Below the pieces are notes generated by a model. It was given only the letters and a program-made list of their open reading frames with translations, was not told the origin of the DNA and searched no databases. From Azolla caroliniana (taxonomy: Eukaryota; Plantae; Polypodiophyta), in the NCBI GenBank assembly GCA_043228905.1, contig JBHGNT010000012.1, positions 5,270,001 to 5,334,000 on the forward strand: a stretch of 64,000 bases of DNA, given 5' to 3'. Numbering within the stretch: the first letter of the stretch is position 1; every line of letters starts with the position of its first letter. Shown in pieces: positions 61,301-64,000 of the stretch. The position numbers were made by a program, and so were the translations under genes.

Positions 61301-62152
61301 AAATAGTACCACGTCAATATGTGTATAACACATCTACTTCCTCTACACACAATTCGTATTGAGAAATATCTTTGATATGTGTATAAGACATGTCCTTATC
61401 TTCCCCTTCATCTACACAACTTGTATTAAGAAATATCTTACAACACCTTATGTAAGAAGCTCGAAAAGATCACATCTCAAGTATCTTTTCCTTCATCTGG
61501 AAACACCTTATGGAAGAAGCCGAGATATGATGAGGAAACGCTTTAACAAGCTTGGAGTAGTTACTGTACACTAGTCTCTGTTTGTTACGACAATCTTTTC
61601 ACTTCACATGGAACTAAAGAAAGAGGCCATTATGTTTTCTGGTCTGAAGATATTTGTGTCAAGGTTAAAAACATCTTTTATGGTAAAGAAAGATGATAAG
61701 AGTACAACTTTGTTTAAGGTATGGAAAGTTGTATTACGATGAGAAAGCGTGTAATCTCTATACAAGGCTCGAAATGACATTTTCCTCATTGATCAGATTC
61801 TGAAACCAAACACCTGTATATTTACTACATAAAAAGTGCCCAAAAGACATGCTTCAGAAGTCTTGTTTATCTATTCAAATAAGAGCAAGTGGATGATATT
61901 AAACAAATGATTTACAGCAAAGCACACCAAAAGTCAAAGGACATATATATCCATGTATTTAGCCCTTCTTATCCACCCAATGCAAGAACCCTCTGAAATT
62001 ACACATCGTGGATGTTTTGATGCTTTCACTGGTTTGACCATTCAAACTGCAATAGGGGAGAATCACAATAATTGCACAAAAGCTTTTCCATTCTTTCTTC
62101 TTGATTTGTATATCACAACTAAAACAGGATACACCAACCTTGAATGAATTAT

Positions 62153-64000
62153 TCAAGCTTTCACACCCCCATAAGGCATCGTCACCACATTCTCTTTCTT
62201 AGGCTCCTTTCCTACTACATTATTTACATTCAAATCTTGAGCTAACTTCCCGGGTAGAAGAGGTTTCCTCTTCTTCAAAACATTATTATCATCTGGATGT
62301 TTCGATCCAGTGTTCCATGCCTTTATGGGGTTAGAAGAGATTATTTCTGTAGGCTTCACAAAGCCACGTTCCTCATTCGATGGTTGCTGATCACATTCAT
62401 CTTCACCAGAAATTTCTTGTTTATCGTAATTCACTATGTTTTGTCTTGTCGAAAGGTTCGGGAAACGATCTAGAATAGATACCTTTGTTGAGTAGTTTTT
62501 AAAAATATTGAGCATCTCCAATCCTTGCCGATGGTTACAAATCTGAAATGATATTCAAAGAAAAAAACCTTAAGGGATATAATATTGAGCACGTAAACAA
62601 ATAGTCAAAGGAGCAACATAAAGAGTATATAGTGAGCATCAGGCAAACCCCAACCAAGGAATTTCATTCAATCGTGGCATTTCATATTTGAGTGTTGGAA
62701 CCTCAAATGTTTTCAAATTCTCTTTCTTTGGAAATTGTTTTTAAGCAACCTTTTGGAAAAAGATAATCTTTGCTTGTCCCAAACTAGTTTCAAGATTATA
62801 TGGGACAATGGAATGTAAACGCGTCTAGGGAAAAAGACATAATGTACGAAGAGATAAACGAATAAGTGGAGAAACAGATAGCTAGCACTTAACCACAACG
62901 AATAGCTACCTCTTGGGTGTCTCGGCTGCTAGTCACTGGTTTGTTCTCATTGTTCTGAAGTATAATCCTTCTCAGCTGAGAATTGGGCACATCTTTAATA
63001 ATGTGCCACTTCACAGGGAATGAGCCACACCACTTGTTACGATCCCAGAATTCCATTGTTTTTTTGAACTCCACAGATCCCACCATCTCTGCAACACCAC
63101 AAAACCGCCCACTCCCATTCACCTATTTGATCACATAAAAAACAGTTAAGTATGAGGTACTGTCCTTCAACCAAAACCATCCATGTGATAAAAGCATTAA
63201 AAATCCCTTTACTCACTGAGAAATAAAGGAACATGGGGCACTTATTGTTGTTCCCCTTTGCCAGCGCTCGTTCTTGGGATTCTTGGAAAGCTACATTCAG
63301 TTTGTGATTGCCACTAGGTGTACTCGACCACACACCATGTTCTATACTTCTAAAGACATTCTCTTCACTGAACGACTTGATCACAAAATGCTTCGCATCT
63401 CCTGAATCCAGAGAGAAATCCGACAAATTGGTATCCGGTCCCTTAGCAAGCTTTGCACTAGACACAGCAGTGTCAGAATCTGATCGTTCTTGATGATTCC
63501 TCAAAAGCACCTTCGAGGGGGTTTGTGTGACGGCCACATATTGAAATGCTCCCACTTGGGAAGGCCAAGCTTTCCTACTCAGCACTGATCCCGCAGACAC
63601 AACCCTCCGATATTGCTTCTTTCCATCATCACTAAATCCTTTAGTCTTTGTATCATGTCCACTCAGTGATGAAGAGACGCTTGATAGAACATGATCCCCC
63701 TCGAGTTTGGACTTGGACGAATGCGCATCTTCCTTCTCTTTAGTTTTCTCTGAATTCGTATTGTTCCACACAGGTGCAGATGCCCTTAGCAATCTCTGGG
63801 GATTGTAAGTGAATGCAACTTGAGGCAGTACATTATCACAGACATTATCCAACTCAATTGCATAACCACTACCATGGTCCTGTAATATGACCGGTAACTG
63901 GTCGGTGTTTGTATATGCTGTATACGCACCACCATATTGCTCAGGCGAAGCCATTTGGTAGAAATTGTAAGGATATAAAGGTACATAGCCATTGGGTTGG
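62153..64000 (-). CDS. ECT: YTH-domain m6A reader (YTHDF/ECT family), 5'-partial; exons >64000-63217, 63122-62910 and 62542-62153
   Basis: Spliced product reads HFVIKSFSEENVFRSIEHGVWSSTPSGNHKL..CPMFLYFS|VNGSGRFCGVAEM..FWDRNKW.GSFPVKWHIIKDVPN..SRDTQE|ICNHRQGLEMLNIFKNY. Both introns are canonical GT-AG and keep the frame. Confidence 0.93.

Noticed and set aside
59150-61800. Short ORFs and faint retroelement-like traces
   Set aside because: Too degenerate to assign a family or boundaries by eye.

Overview
Eukaryotic land-plant nuclear DNA. A fern or other seed-free plant is inferred from the PLS-E PPR style, the fungal-type FAD oxidase and the self-priming Gypsy element. There are no prokaryotic operons or CRISPR arrays. 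Four host genes are visible: the last exon of a pectin methylesterase (+), an intronless PLS-E PPR gene (-), an intronless GC-rich FAD-linked oxidoreductase of fungal type (-), and the 3' part of a spliced YTH-domain m6A reader (-). The rest is a densely nested transposon landscape whose boundaries can be read from TSDs and TIRs: pogo-like and MULE DNA transposons, three deleted Ty1/Copia elements, solo LTRs, three L1 LINEs, RTEX-like LINE remnants and a Ty3/Gypsy remnant. The most notable observations are: (1) a Tf1-style self-priming signature (11-nt PBS complementary to the LTR's own predicted transcript start); (2) the fungal-type oxidoreductase, a candidate horizontal transfer; (3) an L1 with a 103-bp target-site duplication; (4) a mitochondrial-type tRNA-Gly(UCC) carried inside a TG..CA element; (5) a conserved hairpin enclosing the PPT in three different Copia elements; (6) a repeat with two inward-facing tRNA-like heads; and (7) a templated-insertion scar copied from a neighbouring L1. 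All coordinates were read by eye, and no database searches were run.
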